This document shows positions 9,841-18,704 of a stretch of DNA of 61,868 nt, piece after piece; the first letter of the stretch is position 1, and each line of letters opens with the position of its first letter. The notes below the pieces were generated by a model. That model was not told where the DNA came from. It searched no databases and saw only the letters and a program-made list of their open reading frames with translations. Origin of the DNA: Candidatus Saccharimonadales bacterium (GTDB taxonomy: Bacteria; Patescibacteriota; Saccharimonadia; Saccharimonadales; JAGPDM01); NCBI GenBank assembly GCA_044227985.1, contig JBGAVT010000004.1:1-61868 (forward strand). Direction: 5' to 3'. The translations under genes and the position numbers were made by a program.

Positions 9841-9861
9841 CCTCATGGTACGATTTTAATC

Positions 9862-9870
9862 TGGTATACT
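9862..9870 (+). promoter_or_regulatory. extended -10 (TGgTATACT) of putative leaderless promoter for PurM-like gene
   Basis: TGGTATACT, then 8 nt (agattgaa), then ATG 9879. No SD. Confidence 0.4.
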
Positions 9871-9878
9871 AGATTGAA

Positions 9879-10976
9879 ATGGCAAAGCATGATTATCACA
9901 AAGCAGTAAATTACGACGCGGCTGATCCGGTAAAGATTTTGGCACAGAAAGCAGCTGCCGCAACTTCCGGACAGCTTGAGAAGCATGGTTGGAGTGCAAT
10001 GGCAGCTAGCCGAGGCGAGAGTGCTTTTCTAGCTGAAACCGCAACAGGATATATAGCCCTGACACAGGAGGGTCTAGGAACAAAAAGTCTAATTACTCAG
10101 GCCGTCTACGAGCAGACAGGAGAGTCTTTTTTCCGTGAGACAGCAATTGATACTGTTTCGACGATTGCGAATGACCTGGTGACCGTGGGTGCACTACCAA
10201 CGATAATTAATGCTTATTGGTCAAGTAGTAGCTACGATTGGTTGGAAGATAATAAATTAGCTAGTGACCTCATTTATGGTTGGCAAGAAGCCTGCGAGCT
10301 GGTTGGTGCTACTTGGGGAGGCGGCGAAACTCAGAGTCTGAAAGATATGGTTGTCGATGGTGCACTCGAGCTGGCTGGCTCTGGTGTCGGTTTGATCGAA
10401 CCAAAATCGCGGTTAGTTTTGGGCGATGATCTTAAGGCGGGGGACAGAATTGTTTTCTTAGAATCTACCGGTATTCAGACCAATGGAATCTCATTGGCGC
10501 GCGAAATTGCTGCGGGGTTGCCTGATGGTTATCAGACCAAATTGCCAAGCGGGCAGACTTTTGGACAAGGCTTGTTGGCGGCATCTCATCTCTATCCAAG
10601 TGTAATAGCCGATCTTTTTAAGCAAGAAATTCCAATCCATTATATGGCACATATTACTGGACACGGTTGGCGGAAGATCATGCGTCACACCAAAGATTTA
10701 TGCTATGTTATCGAAAATGTTCCGCCTGTACCTGAGGTTTTGACCTTTTTGGTTGAACAAAATGAATTTAGCGCTGAAGAAGCCTACGGTACGTTCAATA
10801 TGGGCGCAGGTTTTGCGATTTATGTACCGGCTGAGCATGTCGAAACAGTTATCGATACTAGTCAAAAACACGGTATCAAAGCCTACGATGCCGGCTATGT
10901 GACTGAGGGTGAAAGAGCCGTCGAGATAAAGCCGCTCAATTTAACTTTTTCCACAGAAACTCTTCAGCTTAGATGA
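9879..10976 (+). CDS. AIR synthase-related (PurM-like) protein
   Basis: 365 aa. GLGTK (compare PurM DGVGTK), ITGHGW and FNMGAGFAIYV segments resemble the PurM/ThiL/HypE superfamily. The N-terminus is divergent. Confidence 0.65.
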   Translation: MAKHDYHKAVNYDAADPVKILAQKAAAATSGQLEKHGWSAMAASRGESAFLAETATGYIALTQEGLGTKSLITQAVYEQTGESFFRETAIDTVSTIANDLVTVGALPTIINAYWSSSSYDWLEDNKLASDLIYGWQEACELVGATWGGGETQSLKDMVVDGALELAGSGVGLIEPKSRLVLGDDLKAGDRIVFLESTGIQTNGISLAREIAAGLPDGYQTKLPSGQTFGQGLLAASHLYPSVIADLFKQEIPIHYMAHITGHGWRKIMRHTKDLCYVIENVPPVPEVLTFLVEQNEFSAEEAYGTFNMGAGFAIYVPAEHVETVIDTSQKHGIKAYDAGYVTEGERAVEIKPLNLTFSTETLQLR

Positions 10977-10998
10977 GAATCCTTTAACCGTTTTAGTT

Positions 10999-11388
10999 TT
11001 AGAGCAGTGTGACTAATGTGAAGCTGATAGCTCCAGTGAGGATGCCAATGACTGCGGCTTGAAGATACATTTTGTTGGCTTTGGCTTTATCAAGAGCTCG
11101 GTCTTTACCGCTTTTTATACCCTTAGCCTCTTTTCCGCCTTCGGTGGCATTTTGTTTTCCGCTACCTGCATATGCAACACAGAATTTATTTCGAGCTTGT
11201 AGGAAACTGATAGCGGTAATTGAGGCAAAAATGGCCACAGTTCCAGCGATAATAGTATTTTTTAACAAAATTGCAATTACAAAAATTATAATAGTAATTC
11301 CAAGGCTTACATAACCAGCTTTACGTCGATAGGTGATTTCATCGCTGTTAATATTGCAGACACCTGCTTGATAGGATTGTTCAATCAT
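10999..11388 (-). CDS. small membrane protein, hypothetical
   Basis: ORF 10999-11469 has hydrophobic spans (GITIIIFVIAILL, AVIGILTGAISFTLVTLL). The internal ATG 11388 (MIEQSYQ...) avoids overlapping the divergent gene. Confidence 0.45.
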   Translation of the reverse strand: MIEQSYQAGVCNINSDEITYRRKAGYVSLGITIIIFVIAILLKNTIIAGTVAIFASITAISFLQARNKFCVAYAGSGKQNATEGGKEAKGIKSGKDRALDKAKANKMYLQAAVIGILTGAISFTLVTLL

Positions 11389-11421
11389 GGCTTTAGTGTA
11401 ACAGGCCGGTGAAAATAGCGT

Positions 11422-12426
11422 ATGATAAATGTTGTGCCATATGTAAAAAAACCAAAGTTTAATCGTCAACTCTTTACACGAGGCGCGAGCATTGCTCTGC
11501 TGTTCTTTGGAGTTTTAACAATCAGCTATCAGGCTTGGTTTTTCTCAAATAATCGTGAAGTTTTGGCCAGTATTCGTCTAGATTTTCTTTTCGCGGCGAT
11601 TTTGAGTGAACTCCTCGCAATCTCGACACTTATACTGCCATATCAGAAGTATTTTAAGCGCCAGGGCATAACTATGAGCTTCTGGCAGTCACTTGTTGAG
11701 TCGTTGGCTGGGTTAGGCGTTGGAAAAATTGTTATTCTTGGGGATCTACTAGTTTGGCGGCGTGTAATGCGACAGGAAAAACGTTCAGTCATGTTGGCTG
11801 GTAAGTTTATGATTGTACTCTATTCTTTGGCAATCGGAACCTTAGCAGCTATGTTTTTGATCGCTGTGGTGATTAGTACAGTATTTTATGGGTTACCTGG
11901 AGATAACCCTGTCAGCAAAATGATTGGTCTAGTTCCCATCGTTTTTGCGGTAGTGATCATAGGCATTTTCTTATCTCGTAACTCAAAATTCGTGCATAAT
12001 AAAATGGAAAAATTTTCTGAGCGCTTCGTAGGCGAAACTAGTCTAGCACCTTGGCAGCTAGTGAAGAAGGCTGGTTATTTGCGACGAGACATATTTCAAT
12101 TCGCCTTTTCACTATCTGCTTCATGGTTTTTTGAAGGAGTTGCACTCTGGTTTATTTTACAAGCATTCGATCTTAAGGTTAGTTTCTTGGTCGGTATCTA
12201 CGGCTACCTGTTCTCACGTCTTGCGGTTTTCTTGCCAATTATTCCTGGTGGAGTCGGCGAGAGCGAGACGATTACAGCCTCATTTTTCGTCAGTTACGGG
12301 CACCCATTGTCAACGATACTAGCTGCTGTGCTAGCTTTTCGGATTTTGTCGTTTTGGTTCCCAGCAATCATTGGCCTCGGCATGAGTGCAAAATTATTTT
12401 TACCTCATCGACATAAGAAAAAGTAG
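11422..12426 (+). CDS. multi-pass membrane protein, flippase-like / LPG-synthase transmembrane-domain family
   Basis: 334 aa with about 8 hydrophobic spans. Has the IPGGVGESE motif characteristic of that family. Confidence 0.6.
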   Translation: MINVVPYVKKPKFNRQLFTRGASIALLFFGVLTISYQAWFFSNNREVLASIRLDFLFAAILSELLAISTLILPYQKYFKRQGITMSFWQSLVESLAGLGVGKIVILGDLLVWRRVMRQEKRSVMLAGKFMIVLYSLAIGTLAAMFLIAVVISTVFYGLPGDNPVSKMIGLVPIVFAVVIIGIFLSRNSKFVHNKMEKFSERFVGETSLAPWQLVKKAGYLRRDIFQFAFSLSASWFFEGVALWFILQAFDLKVSFLVGIYGYLFSRLAVFLPIIPGGVGESETITASFFVSYGHPLSTILAAVLAFRILSFWFPAIIGLGMSAKLFLPHRHKKK

Positions 12427-12492
12427 ACTTCTTTATAAATAGACTCTATGTTAGCCGTGAAGATATTAGGCTGATATAATTTGAAAAGCTTT

Positions 12493-12586
12493 GGAGAGAT
12501 GGCCGAGCCTGGTTGAAGGCGCACGACTCGAAATCGTGTAAGGTGAGTAATCATCTTCGAGGGTTCGAATCCCTCTCTCTCCGCCA
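12493..12586 (+). tRNA. tRNA-Ser (anticodon CGA), CCA encoded
   Basis: Cloverleaf read by hand. Acceptor stem is GGAGAGA/TCTCTCC. Anticodon stem CACGA/TCGTG has loop CT-CGA-AA. It has a long variable arm, T arm GAGGG-TTCGAAT-CCCTC, discriminator G and CCA. Confidence 0.9.
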
Positions 12587-12595
12587 ATGTAAGAA

Positions 12596-12616
12596 CCCAC
12601 CGAATGGTGGGCTTTT
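12596..12616 (+). terminator. rho-independent terminator after tRNA-Ser
   Basis: CCCACC-gaat-GGTGGG hairpin followed by CTTTT. Confidence 0.6.
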
Positions 12617-12903
12617 ACATTGTTCAGAGATCGTTCAGAATACAAACCCTACAGATGCCTCAGCCGAGGTTAAATCTATTTGAATTTGAGCAGTATAACG
12701 AACATGTTGGAATATGGCGGTGAGCCATAGTCTAACAATACAGCCTTAATCTCTCTCCGTCCTCAATGTGAAAATCCGTAATCTGCGGAGTGTCAGAATG
12801 TTTAGACGTGAAGGGTATGTATGAATAATTCATAGTATGGTCCAGGCTAGTTTGGGCCTAATTATTTCTAAAAAAGAATTTTGTAATGTGGTGAGTATAG
12901 GTT

Positions 12904-12909
12904 TAGTAT
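12904..12909 (+). promoter_or_regulatory. -10 box (TAGTAT) of putative leaderless promoter for small ORF
   Basis: TAGTAT, then 7 nt (aagcaat), then ATG 12917. Confidence 0.35.
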
Positions 12910-12916
12910 AAGCAAT

Positions 12917-13078
12917 ATGGGTAATAAACCAGTTTTATTAACTTCAATAGCAGGCACATATATTGGTGGCTATATTCCAACCCTTTTCGGATCAGCCAGT
13001 ATGTCTGGTTGGACAGTAATCGGTGGTTTTATCGGTGGGATTATTGGGATCTGGATCGGCTTAAAGCTACGAAATTAG
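12917..13078 (+). CDS. 53-aa glycine-zipper small membrane protein
   Basis: Hand-translated as MGNKPVLLTSIAGTYIGGYIPTLFGSASMSGWTVIGGFIGGIIGIWIGLKLRN*. It is below the ORF-track length cutoff. It shows the same -10-N7-ATG architecture as other genes here. Confidence 0.45.
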   Translation: MGNKPVLLTSIAGTYIGGYIPTLFGSASMSGWTVIGGFIGGIIGIWIGLKLRN

Positions 13079-13222
13079 TTTTTACTTCAAGTGGTTAAGT
13101 TTAACTACCACACTCTGTGTGTACTTGCTGAGTGCACGCGCTTGAAATTATTTTTAATTGAGGTTTGGAGCATGTTCAGAACATTAGTTAAGATAAAAAA
13201 TAATTATGCTCATGTTTTTTTG

Positions 13223-13231
13223 TGATATAAT
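13223..13231 (+). promoter_or_regulatory. extended -10 promoter (TGaTATAAT) upstream of NHL-repeat gene
   Basis: TGATATAAT lies about 64 nt upstream of ATG 13295. Confidence 0.35.
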
Positions 13232-13294
13232 GTAGTTACCAAACAAAAAAACGAATCTAACAAAGTCAATAACAGCCCAGAAAGCCGAGTAATT

Positions 13295-15886
13295 ATGAAT
13301 TTTAAGTCCCTACTAAATAACTATAGAATTGCGTTTTTCAGTGTCATACTTCTAGTAGCTGTTATAGTGGTGTCAATTAACTCATCATCAGCTAACGCGT
13401 CTTTGGCTATGCCAAAGTTCGATAGTGTCGTCGGAAAGAGTGGTGTTACTGAAAATGGTAAATTCGACAAACCAATGGCAACCACTGTCTCTCCTGATGG
13501 ATCTAAGTTGTATGTATTAGACACTGGTAATAACCAAATTCAAATGTTTAAAACATCGGATAATTCATATATCGGAAAATTCGGAACTTCAGGTAGCGGA
13601 AGCGGCCAGTTTACTAATCCAAGTGACTTGGCTTTTAATAATGACGGCTCAAAGCTCTACGTGGCTGATACTGGCAACAGCCGAGTTCAGATTTTTAATG
13701 GAACAGATAATTCTTATATTGGACAGTTTGGCGAGCGTAGCTGTAAGTCTGAGGAGACTATAACAGACGGTAACTTTTGTTTTCCAACTGCCATAACCGT
13801 TGATAAAGATAATAATATTCTTGTAGGTGATAATTCAAATTATCGCGTACAAAAGTTTAGTAGTAGTAATATGTTTATTCTAAAATTCGGTGAAAAAGGC
13901 AACACAAGCAGTGTGACCCCGCCTGGGACATTCTACGATATTAAAGGCATAGCGAGCGATAGTAATAATAATATTTATGTTGTCAATAGTACCAACCATC
14001 ACGTTGCAAAATATGATACTTTTGGAACCTTCCTCCAAGAGGTTGGCAGCTGGGGTTCTGGCGTCAACCAGCTCCGCTACCCTACGGATATAGAGATAGA
14101 CTCCAACGATAATCTTTACATAATGGATGTTCGACCAGGCAGCAATAATTCTACGGTTAAAAGATTTAACGTTACTGGTGTAGGGCAGCCACCTTCAATC
14201 GGTCAATATGGAACAGGTGATGGGCAGTTTAAAGACCCCCAAGGTATTGCGGTGAGTCCTGACGGTAGTAAATTATACGTTGCGGATACCTATAATAACC
14301 GCATCCAAATATTCAACACCAACGACAACAGCTTCCAGGGTAAATTTGGTAGCTCCAGCCAACAATCTGGAGGGTTTTTAAATCCTTACCAAACTGCACT
14401 GAGTAAAGACAATACTAAACTATATGTTGCAGATTCTGCAAATCACCGCATCCAAATATTCAACACTAGCGACAACAGCTATGTTGGTGAGTTTGGCTCA
14501 CTCGGTAGCGCTACTGGGCAATTCAGTACTCCCTACGCTCTAACAGTCTCGCCAGATGGTACTAAACTATATGTTGCAGATTCTGCAAATCACCGCATCC
14601 AAATATTCAACACTAGCGACAATAGTTTTGTTAGTTCCTTAGGCGTGACTGGTAGTGGCAACGGTCAGTTCAGCAATCCCTACGGTGTTACGTTTTCGGA
14701 AGATGGGTCGAAATTCTACGTTGTCGATTTATCCAACAACCGCATCCAAATATTCAACACTAGCGACAATAGCTATGTTGGTAAATTTGGCTCAGCAGGT
14801 GCTGGCGATGGCCAGCTAAGTACTCCGCGAGCAATTCTGATATCAGGTGGAAAAATATTTGTGTCAGATACTGGCAATAATCGTGTGCAGGTTTTTGATG
14901 CTGCGGATAATACTTATCTCGGTCAATTTGGTGGGATTGGTAGCGCCAATGGTCAACTTAGCAACCCGCGTGGTCTCGCGACGAGTCCCGATGGTTCGAC
15001 AATCTATGTTACTGAAAGGGATAACAATCGTATTCAGGCATTCAATACGAGCGATTACAGCTATGCTGGTAAATTCGGTCGACTCGGCTCAAAGAACGGA
15101 GAGTTTAACGTTCCGGTGTCCATCACAATCAATAATGACGGCTCAAAATTATATGTAACTGATCAGGCTAACAATCGTATTCAAGTTTTCTCGTATGCAA
15201 ATGTTGACACTGATGGCGATGGTATAGTAAGCGGAGTTGAAGACGCTGCGCCTAATGCTGGAGACGGTAATGATGACGGTATTAAAGATTCAACTCAAAG
15301 CAATGTTACTAGCTTTGTTAATACGCAGACAAATAAGTATGTCACACTGGTTTCTCCTGCCGGAACGACGATCACTTCAACTTCAGTTGCAGCGGCAATT
15401 GTTGAAGATGCTGGAAAGGATTATCCTTTCGGTCTACTTAGTTTTACAGTCGAGGGAGTCACTCCAGGTGATACGATTGAAATGGAAGTATTCTTTTTCA
15501 CTGATGTAGTAAAAGACGGCTTCATTGCTCGTAAATTTAACAGTAGTACCGAGCTATATTCTGACTTATTAGGTTCAGAAATATCTGAGTCATTGGTTAA
15601 TGGTAATCCATCACTAGCGTTAAATTATCAAATTGAGGATGGTGGAGAGTCTGATGAGGATGGGGTAACCAACGGGACAATAGTTGACCCAGTTGGGCTT
15701 GCGCTTAACAGGCAAGCAACTGGAAGTAATCCTGCCAGTGCGAACAATGTTACTAATGCTACCAATTCTGCAGGCAAACTCGCGAAAACTGGGCAAAGCG
15801 AAATTCAGATTATGTTACTTGCAGCTACTTTGTTTTCTGTCGGTGTTGGTGTGTTATATAGGATTAGAGAGAGAAATACTTATTAG
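13295..15886 (+). CDS. NHL-repeat (12-blade) cell-surface protein with LPXTG-like sorting signal
   Basis: 863 aa with an N-terminal signal/anchor. Twelve repeats match the pattern G.G.GQF..P..(A/V)...DGSKLYV.D..N.R(I/V)Q.F. An Asp-rich DTDGDG segment follows. The C-terminus is LAKTG (15779-15793), a hydrophobic span, then RIRERNTY. Confidence 0.85.
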   Translation: MNFKSLLNNYRIAFFSVILLVAVIVVSINSSSANASLAMPKFDSVVGKSGVTENGKFDKPMATTVSPDGSKLYVLDTGNNQIQMFKTSDNSYIGKFGTSGSGSGQFTNPSDLAFNNDGSKLYVADTGNSRVQIFNGTDNSYIGQFGERSCKSEETITDGNFCFPTAITVDKDNNILVGDNSNYRVQKFSSSNMFILKFGEKGNTSSVTPPGTFYDIKGIASDSNNNIYVVNSTNHHVAKYDTFGTFLQEVGSWGSGVNQLRYPTDIEIDSNDNLYIMDVRPGSNNSTVKRFNVTGVGQPPSIGQYGTGDGQFKDPQGIAVSPDGSKLYVADTYNNRIQIFNTNDNSFQGKFGSSSQQSGGFLNPYQTALSKDNTKLYVADSANHRIQIFNTSDNSYVGEFGSLGSATGQFSTPYALTVSPDGTKLYVADSANHRIQIFNTSDNSFVSSLGVTGSGNGQFSNPYGVTFSEDGSKFYVVDLSNNRIQIFNTSDNSYVGKFGSAGAGDGQLSTPRAILISGGKIFVSDTGNNRVQVFDAADNTYLGQFGGIGSANGQLSNPRGLATSPDGSTIYVTERDNNRIQAFNTSDYSYAGKFGRLGSKNGEFNVPVSITINNDGSKLYVTDQANNRIQVFSYANVDTDGDGIVSGVEDAAPNAGDGNDDGIKDSTQSNVTSFVNTQTNKYVTLVSPAGTTITSTSVAAAIVEDAGKDYPFGLLSFTVEGVTPGDTIEMEVFFFTDVVKDGFIARKFNSSTELYSDLLGSEISESLVNGNPSLALNYQIEDGGESDEDGVTNGTIVDPVGLALNRQATGSNPASANNVTNATNSAGKLAKTGQSEIQIMLLAATLFSVGVGVLYRIRERNTY
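13460..15190 (+). repeat. tandem coding repeat array (NHL units, about 147 nt period)
   Basis: Two 62-nt stretches are identical (14414-14475 and 14561-14622). Partial copies containing ccgcatccaaatattcaacac lie near 14296 and 14740. Confidence 0.8.
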
Positions 15887-16042
15887 CTTACACGGTAATT
15901 GTAGAAATCAGCTCTTGGTGTGCTGAGGCTCATATAGCTTAACGCTCGCGTTTTGAATTAATAAAAATAAAAATTTTTTTGTTAAATTTTGTGGATAATT
16001 ATCAGAATTGTTATAGTTACACCATTAATAATGGAGTTCCTT

Positions 16043-17731
16043 ATGAAAAAGTTTTTTAGTTTTTTTGGTGTAGTAGCAGTTGTATTTTCTCTATTTGTAA
16101 TTACGCAACTACCGCAGTCAGCAGAGGCATCATCGATCTATCAAAATAGAGCACACGCGATGGTGGTTGATTATCCTAATAATCAAACTAAAATATTTTT
16201 GCTGAACACTACTACTGGAGAATTGACCCTTAAGAAGACAATCAATAACTTTATTGGTGATGCAATGAGAAACGACTCAAAAGAATATGCGACTGAAGGT
16301 GGTCACTATTCTTTAGCTGTATTAGGCAGGGACCAAACTGATAAAAAACTATATTTGAAAAGTCTCGATGCGGATCTTTACTATGCTGAAAATAACAGCG
16401 TCAAATTACCAGAAGAATTTCAGAATCTTTCGATAAAAGGAAATACAGGATCCTACTCATTTCTAGCAGAAAATCCAGCTGAGAGTAATCAGCAGTATTC
16501 ATTAAATGTATCTGTGTTTTTAAACAATCAAGGTCAACCAACAGCATCAACATATAAAACTAAATTAGTGGGTCAAAAAGTACCTTCGGGGCTTAGTGAG
16601 GCTAACCAGTATGTATATGACAACAACGGTAAGCGTATGAAGTTTCTGAAGTTTGATTATGGTAACTATACAGATAATCAAGAGGTAAGTGTTTCCTTAG
16701 AGAATAGTTCAATTGTTACCGGGCTTGAAAACAAAAGCTGTGTCGCCCAGTTCAGCAATCAAGGGCCTACATTCTGTAGTGTGTGGTCTTCGGGCTGGTT
16801 TGACTCAAGTTTTGGAAGTGATTTATACAATCTAAATAGTCAGGGTGATATGAACAGCTCTACTGCCTCAAGAGTTAGGTCTTATAGCAATAGCTCGTGG
16901 GCAGGGACAAAATATATAGCTGGTTTCGCTTCCGAAAGCTCCACATCCATGGATGCTATAGTCAAGGACAGCAATGCACAGAAACATGGCTTGTTTAGCC
17001 CAGAGGTGGGGCACGCTATTTCTACTAGTCAGACATACCCAAGTTCTGTGTCGCAAAATGGTTACGGTTACATGCCCTACTCTCCAAATTTACAGAATGA
17101 TGCATTTCTTGGAGTCGCGCAATATAAGTATGTTGAGGAGCTCCAAGCATTTGGTGGTCAGGTCTTTGTAGCTAAAGATAAGGCCAGCGGTCAGCACTAT
17201 CTGTACCCAAGTAAGCATGTCGGTCCAGCCTACAGATATAATTTACAGGCGCCGTTCACAACACTGGATGACATTGCTTACAGTAAACAGCAGGAAGCTT
17301 TGATTTTCGCAGGACGATTCTGGGGCTCCGACAAAACCTATATCAGTAAAATTAATCTTAATCATGAGAACAAAACTGCTACCTACACATCCCTCGGTGA
17401 AGTTAATGCGAATATAAATGCAGGTTTAGCACAGCGTGCTAACGGCGACATAGAAGTTTATAAGGATGGAAAAATTTATCGACTTGATTTGCCGAAAAAT
17501 GGCTCGCCGAGCTTGGTTAAGTTACATGATGTTCCAACTATCGCAAGTGATGGAAAGCAGGTAAAATCATGCTCGACATTCACCGCATATAATAACTGGT
17601 ACTATTGTTCGGTAAACAGTAACCGAACGTATGGCAATGCCGCAACCGATGATTACTACCGAATGTCACCGTTAAATAATTACCAACCTGATTACCTAGG
17701 AACCGATAAGTCTCTCTACGACGTATATTAA
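16043..17731 (+). CDS. secreted hypothetical protein
   Basis: The signal peptide MKKFFSFFGVVAVVFSLFVITQLPQSAEA follows SD GGAG at 16033. The ORF-track start at 15989 precedes the SD. No domain recognised. Confidence 0.6.
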   Translation: MKKFFSFFGVVAVVFSLFVITQLPQSAEASSIYQNRAHAMVVDYPNNQTKIFLLNTTTGELTLKKTINNFIGDAMRNDSKEYATEGGHYSLAVLGRDQTDKKLYLKSLDADLYYAENNSVKLPEEFQNLSIKGNTGSYSFLAENPAESNQQYSLNVSVFLNNQGQPTASTYKTKLVGQKVPSGLSEANQYVYDNNGKRMKFLKFDYGNYTDNQEVSVSLENSSIVTGLENKSCVAQFSNQGPTFCSVWSSGWFDSSFGSDLYNLNSQGDMNSSTASRVRSYSNSSWAGTKYIAGFASESSTSMDAIVKDSNAQKHGLFSPEVGHAISTSQTYPSSVSQNGYGYMPYSPNLQNDAFLGVAQYKYVEELQAFGGQVFVAKDKASGQHYLYPSKHVGPAYRYNLQAPFTTLDDIAYSKQQEALIFAGRFWGSDKTYISKINLNHENKTATYTSLGEVNANINAGLAQRANGDIEVYKDGKIYRLDLPKNGSPSLVKLHDVPTIASDGKQVKSCSTFTAYNNWYYCSVNSNRTYGNAATDDYYRMSPLNNYQPDYLGTDKSLYDVY

Positions 17732-17798
17732 GTATCTTATTTGTCAGAAGTAAGCATGGTGCGTTATTATGTAGTCAAGAATAACGGAGTACCAAAAA

Positions 17799-18455
17799 AT
17801 GAATAGCAAAGATCTTAAAGCAGTAATTGCAGAGTTTATTGGTACGTTTGCGTTAGCGGCCGTGGTTGTCTTGACGCTGTCTAGTCAAGTATTTCCAGTA
17901 GCTACACCCTTGATGGCCGGAATTGTCCTCATGGTCATGGTCTACGCTCTTGGACCTATATCTGGTTCACACCTAAACCCTGCGATTACCGCCGGTCTAT
18001 TTGTAGCTAGAAAAATAGATCTAAAAAAAGCTGTACTCTATGTAATCGCTCAAATGCTTGGTGGAGTTGTTGCACTTGCGGTTGCAAACTACCTCCTTGT
18101 TAACCCGACTGTTGATCTTCCGTTAACGACACAGTGGCCGGTAATTATCAGCGAAATTCTTGGAACCGGTGTTCTTGCTTTTGCAGTTGGCTCTGTTGTG
18201 TTTGAAACAGTTCGTTCAGAGTTGTCGGGTGTAGTAATCGGTTTTGGACTGCTAGTTGGGCTGAGTATGGCGGCAGCTTCGAATGGAATACTTAATCCAG
18301 CCGTTGCATATGCAGCTAACAGTTTTTCGGTTGTTTATATCTTGAGTCCACTAATCGGTGGAATTGTCGGTGTTGCATTGGCACAATATCTTGCACCTGC
18401 CGCTATTTCTCAGAAAACCAAGCAAATAAAAAAGATTAAAAAGAACAATAAATAG
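17799..18455 (+). CDS. MIP family channel (aquaporin/glycerol facilitator-like)
   Basis: 218 aa with six hydrophobic spans and two NPA boxes (SGSHLNPAIT, ILNPAVAYA). Confidence 0.9.
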   Translation: MNSKDLKAVIAEFIGTFALAAVVVLTLSSQVFPVATPLMAGIVLMVMVYALGPISGSHLNPAITAGLFVARKIDLKKAVLYVIAQMLGGVVALAVANYLLVNPTVDLPLTTQWPVIISEILGTGVLAFAVGSVVFETVRSELSGVVIGFGLLVGLSMAAASNGILNPAVAYAANSFSVVYILSPLIGGIVGVALAQYLAPAAISQKTKQIKKIKKNNK

Positions 18456-18515
18456 TATTTTTAATTTTTTTTAGCGTAGCCTCTCGCGTACAATCGCTAA
18501 TCCTTTTATTATATT

Positions 18516-18544
18516 TTGCATAAAATACTTTATTGTGATACAAT
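18516..18544 (+). promoter_or_regulatory. sigma70-like promoter upstream of ABC exporter pair
   Basis: TTGCAT-N17-TACAAT, with TG 1 nt upstream of the -10. Confidence 0.4.
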
Positions 18545-18704
18545 ATCAAGATAATGATTAAAATAATAGCCTAGCTAACCAGAGGAGACACTCTCTCTGC
18601 GCTAACGAGCACAAAATACACTTGTTTAATTACAATACCTAACTATTTTATATAACGGAGACAAAATAAAATCGGAATAAATAGTTCGATAAAAAGAAGG
18701 AATC

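Noticed and set aside
9601-9878. ZTP, purine or PRPP-type riboswitch upstream of the PurM-like gene
   Set aside because: I could not find the pfl (GGGTCGTGAC...CCGCCTGGGC) or guanine-riboswitch consensus by eye. Only a CTGGCG fragment matches. The question stays open under the finding for this region.
12405-12587. 60-aa minus-strand ORF
   Set aside because: It is exactly antisense to the tRNA-Ser gene, so it is an artefact.
15989-16042. Upstream extensions of the ORFs at 15989 and 27054, among others
   Set aside because: The extensions precede clear SD sites and signal peptides (ATG 16043, ATG 27198). The extended N-termini are not protein-like.
18522-18535. 14-mer AAAATACTTTATTG shared with 48337-48350, upstream of promoter cassette copy 1
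   Set aside because: In a 62-kb AT-rich window several identical 14-mers are expected by chance (about 1.9e9 position pairs against 2.7e8 possible 14-mers). Downstream sequences diverge immediately.
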